Source: Caldicoprobacter oshimai DSM 21659
GTDB taxonomy: Bacteria; Bacillota; Clostridia; Caldicoprobacterales; Caldicoprobacteraceae
Reading direction: 5' to 3'
Assembly (NCBI GenBank): GCA_000526435.1
Contig: JAGB01000001.1
Location: 924,502-964,501 of the forward strand
Length of the DNA stretch: 40,000 nt
Part shown: positions 37,599 to 40,000 of the stretch, piece by piece
Layout: the number at the start of each line of letters is the position of its first letter
Position numbering within the stretch: the first letter of the stretch is position 1
Program-made: the position numbers and the translations under genes
Notes under the pieces: model-generated
What the model saw: only the letters and a program-made list of their open reading frames with translations
Told to the model about the DNA's origin: nothing
Database searches by the model: none

Positions 37599-39296
37599 TC
37601 ACCCAATCTCAATTACCCGGTATTCATCTTTTCCTATGAATATAAGCAGCGCTTGTTTTAAATCTTTTCTGCCTTGCAGGCCTTTGCTCTCACCATATCT
37701 CTTGAGCTGCTTCAACCCTTCTTCAATTATCCTGTCTATGCTGTTTCTTTCACCCTTTTTTATATATTTCAACTCGATTAACCACTCGTATTTTACATCC
37801 GGTATCCTTGCATCCCTTTCTAGATATATGTCTATATACCCTCCTTCTGTTTCCCTTTCGCTTACCGGCCTGTAAGCCTTGCTGTTCACAAGATAGGTGA
37901 TCAAAATCAATTTAATGTACTTTTCGTCGAAATTTATCATATCCCTGTTTGACAAAGTCTTCAGCACGTTCTGGCTTATATATTCTACGTACGGCTTTAT
38001 CCTTCCTTCATATGCCATCTTCTCTATCGTCTTCCTCAACTCGTTCAGGTCAAGATCTATCCTGTGCTGTTTCTTTAAGTTATTTTCGATATACTCCCAC
38101 ATCATTACTTTAACTACGTAATTGGGTATTTTCAAAAACAACCTCGTCTTTTCCTGCCTTTCTATGGTGAGCAACCCCATATAGAATAACAGCGAAACAA
38201 AGTACTCCTCATCATACATTCTGTCAAATGAAAATTTTGTCACTATCTCAGCTACTATCCCTTCATCTTTTATGATTTTTTCTAATAATGACCTGTTCTG
38301 CTCATTTCTAGTAAGCCTATTTAACCTTTCATAGTCTGTTTTCATGTTATCATCTATCAAATATTCCGGATATCCTCCTGTGCTTTTATACTGTGCCAAA
38401 AAATACAGAACCATATCGGGATTATAAACCCTAGTTTTAGCATTTTTATTGAACTTATAGCCATCGTACAACTCTCTTAAGTGGTGAATCAGCTCATCTT
38501 TTTTCTCCACCCCTATCTCTTCTAATACCTTCACTACTTCTTCTTCCGTGAAGCCCAACATTTCATTCAAGCTTAAATCCATTGTAACGTTTAAAGCTAT
38601 GTTAAACCCGCTTGTTAAATCGTCCAGCATTACCGGAGATATCCCTGTTATGAGCATTCTGTCTATTACCGTTTCCGTCCCTATCTTAAGAGTTTCGTAA
38701 AAATCCCTTACAAAACCTGATGCCCTGATTATTTCCTTGTAAAATTCACTGTCACCCTGGGCTATTATGTCATTGGCAAAGTGGTCGTATTCATCTATAA
38801 TCAGGTATATCTTTTGCCCTACTTTCTTTACTTCATTTACCAGCTGACTAACTATTGACTTTATATCCGGGCTTTTGTAGATACGTTGTTTTATCTGTTC
38901 TATATCATTAAATATATTTCGGTAATCATCCAAAAAACCACACATTGCATCAATCAGATTTTGTTTAAACGATATCTCCAACCTGTCCCTATTGCTTGTA
39001 TCCAAGCCCGAAAAATCCAGCCTGAATATCATATAGCTATTCCTCATCTTAGTGGGGTTCTTCCCTATGTAGAGGTCACCAAACAGCCTATCGAAATCTT
39101 TCTTGCTGTTTATATCATAATAATGCTTAAGCGTAGAAAGAAAGAGGCTTTTCCCAAATCTTCTTGGCCTTATAAAGAACAGATATTTACCGCTCATGTT
39201 CTCTATCTTCTCTATATACATCGTCTTATCGACATACAGATATCCTTCTTCTCGCATGGCCTTAAAATTGGACATACCATAAGGTATTTTCTTCAT
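37599..39296 (-). CDS. AAA-ATPase-like (PF09820-type) protein with a C-terminal PD-(D/E)xK nuclease-like domain
   Basis: The N-terminus reads KIPYGMSNFKAMREEGYLYVDKTMYI...FFIRPRRFGKSLFLSTL. The C-terminus reads GGYIDIYLE...YEWLIELKYIKK (a D...ExK pattern). I chose the start at the ATG at 39296, which has GGAGAGG 6 nt upstream. Confidence 0.8.
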   Translation of the reverse strand: MKKIPYGMSNFKAMREEGYLYVDKTMYIEKIENMSGKYLFFIRPRRFGKSLFLSTLKHYYDINSKKDFDRLFGDLYIGKNPTKMRNSYMIFRLDFSGLDTSNRDRLEISFKQNLIDAMCGFLDDYRNIFNDIEQIKQRIYKSPDIKSIVSQLVNEVKKVGQKIYLIIDEYDHFANDIIAQGDSEFYKEIIRASGFVRDFYETLKIGTETVIDRMLITGISPVMLDDLTSGFNIALNVTMDLSLNEMLGFTEEEVVKVLEEIGVEKKDELIHHLRELYDGYKFNKNAKTRVYNPDMVLYFLAQYKSTGGYPEYLIDDNMKTDYERLNRLTRNEQNRSLLEKIIKDEGIVAEIVTKFSFDRMYDEEYFVSLLFYMGLLTIERQEKTRLFLKIPNYVVKVMMWEYIENNLKKQHRIDLDLNELRKTIEKMAYEGRIKPYVEYISQNVLKTLSNRDMINFDEKYIKLILITYLVNSKAYRPVSERETEGGYIDIYLERDARIPDVKYEWLIELKYIKKGERNSIDRIIEEGLKQLKRYGESKGLQGRKDLKQALLIFIGKDEYRVIEIG

Positions 39297-39409
39297 GGCT
39301 ATCCTCTCCATTATATTTTCTCGGCAAATTTTTAGTTTTTCTATTTATTATACCATATTAAACATAAAGTGAATCGGTCAACCACCTACAGGAAAATAGA
39401 AGGCAGGTT

Positions 39410-39490
39410 ATTCTAAATAACGCAGCCAAACTGGCCGTCAACACAAGGCCCAAAATCCCATCGCTTGCTCCCCAGTGGAAAAGGAGTTAA
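39410..39490 (-). pseudogene. About 75-bp relic of a second GH116 gene
   Basis: Positions 39422-39484 align with 21621-21683 (inside the intact GH116 gene) at about 50/63 identities by hand. The relic translates as [18 protein letters not shown], against [18 protein letters not shown] in the intact gene. Confidence 0.65.
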
Positions 39491-39546
39491 AAGCCCCCAT
39501 ATACAAAATTATTTACCTTCACGGGTCCATCTCATGAGCTAAGGTG

Positions 39547-40000
39547 CTAAGGTCTTATCCTTATAAATTTACCTTTAGAAAGCCAATATTTTTTAAGCTC
39601 GTCATAGCTCAGCGAAACATCATTGACCTTTACCCTACTGCCTATGTTTATATAATACCTTGCTTTTTGAACCCTTGGAATGTTTTGTGTAAAGTCAAAA
39701 TCTGCAATAAGTTTAATTTCCCCTTCAAATTTTATTTCAGGCGAAAACTCCAAAAATTGTCTGAGAACCAGACCGTCATCATTTTCATCCCGGTACAAAC
39801 AGCCATCTTCATCCAGACCCCATGCTACAAGTTCTTCGTTTTTTTGCTGTCCTTCATTTTTTCTTTCTTCGCCTCCATCATTAAGGCATTCAATTCCGAT
39901 TAATTTTAAACGTCCAAAGCCATATCTGGAATCCCCGCCAATATATACTTCAGGAAACTCTTTTAAAAAGTCTTCGACTTCGTGATGGGCCTCTTCTCCA
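39547..40000 (-). CDS. 3' part of an ORF running off the window; contains a RAMP-like glycine loop (possible CRISPR-associated protein)
   Basis: The frame is open from base 40000 to the stop at 39547. My hand translation of the upstream part reads GEEAHHEVEDFLKEFPEVYIGGDSRYGFGRLKLIGIE... The GG-x4-GFGR pattern resembles RAMP/Cas6-type G-rich loops. About 130 residues of unknown domain follow. Confidence 0.4.
   Translation of the reverse strand, partial: GEEAHHEVEDFLKEFPEVYIGGDSRYGFGRLKLIGIECLNDGGEERKNEGQQKNEELVAWGLDEDGCLYRDENDDGLVLRQFLEFSPEIKFEGEIKLIADFDFTQNIPRVQKARYYINIGSRVKVNDVSLSYDELKKYWLSKGKFIRIRP

Overview
This looks like a chromosomal segment of an anaerobic, probably thermophilic Firmicute (Clostridia-like). 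That placement is an inference from the complete Rnf operon, GGAGG-type ribosome binding sites (RBSs) and Glu/Lys-rich proteins. Every gene I can support lies on the minus strand.

Bases 1-16.5 kb are GC-rich core genome; for example, the 60-nt line starting at 7141 has 37/60 G+C by my count. This part holds:
- a LacI-linked sugar-oxidoreductase cluster (two Gfo/Idh/MocA enzymes and a NagB-like enzyme)
- a mannitol-dehydrogenase-family reductase
- a complete rnfCDGEAB operon, oddly interrupted by a 423-bp repeat-bearing spacer
- a split TauE/SafE exporter
- a peptidoglycan-binding protein, a GNAT acetyltransferase and a D-Ala-D-Ala carboxypeptidase
- tRNA-Leu(GAG) with a consensus promoter

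From about 16.7 kb onward the composition changes and the content becomes accessory:
- a radical SAM enzyme
- an orphan minimal nucleotidyltransferase (MNT)
- an apparently intact IscB nuclease with a structured upstream omega-RNA-like region
- a GH116 glycosidase next to a truncated ABC permease
- a TldD/PmbA pair
- a very AT-rich type III-B (Cmr) CRISPR-Cas effector operon (the line starting at 29041 has 18/60 G+C), with no CRISPR array, cas6 or cas1/cas2 in the window

The cmr operon carries two embedded accessory nucleases:
- a CARF-RelE (Cami1-like) gene sits between cmr3 and cmr4
- the top candidate for something undescribed is a Cmr1 protein fused in frame to an MNT antitoxin domain, followed by an overlapping HEPN RNase gene directly upstream of cas10

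Upstream of the operon lie decaying paralogous MNT/HEPN copies, a VapBC pair, an AAA-ATPase/PD-(D/E)xK protein, a 75-bp relic of a second GH116 gene, and a partial ORF with a RAMP-like glycine loop.

All family assignments come from motifs I recognise by eye. No database search was possible.
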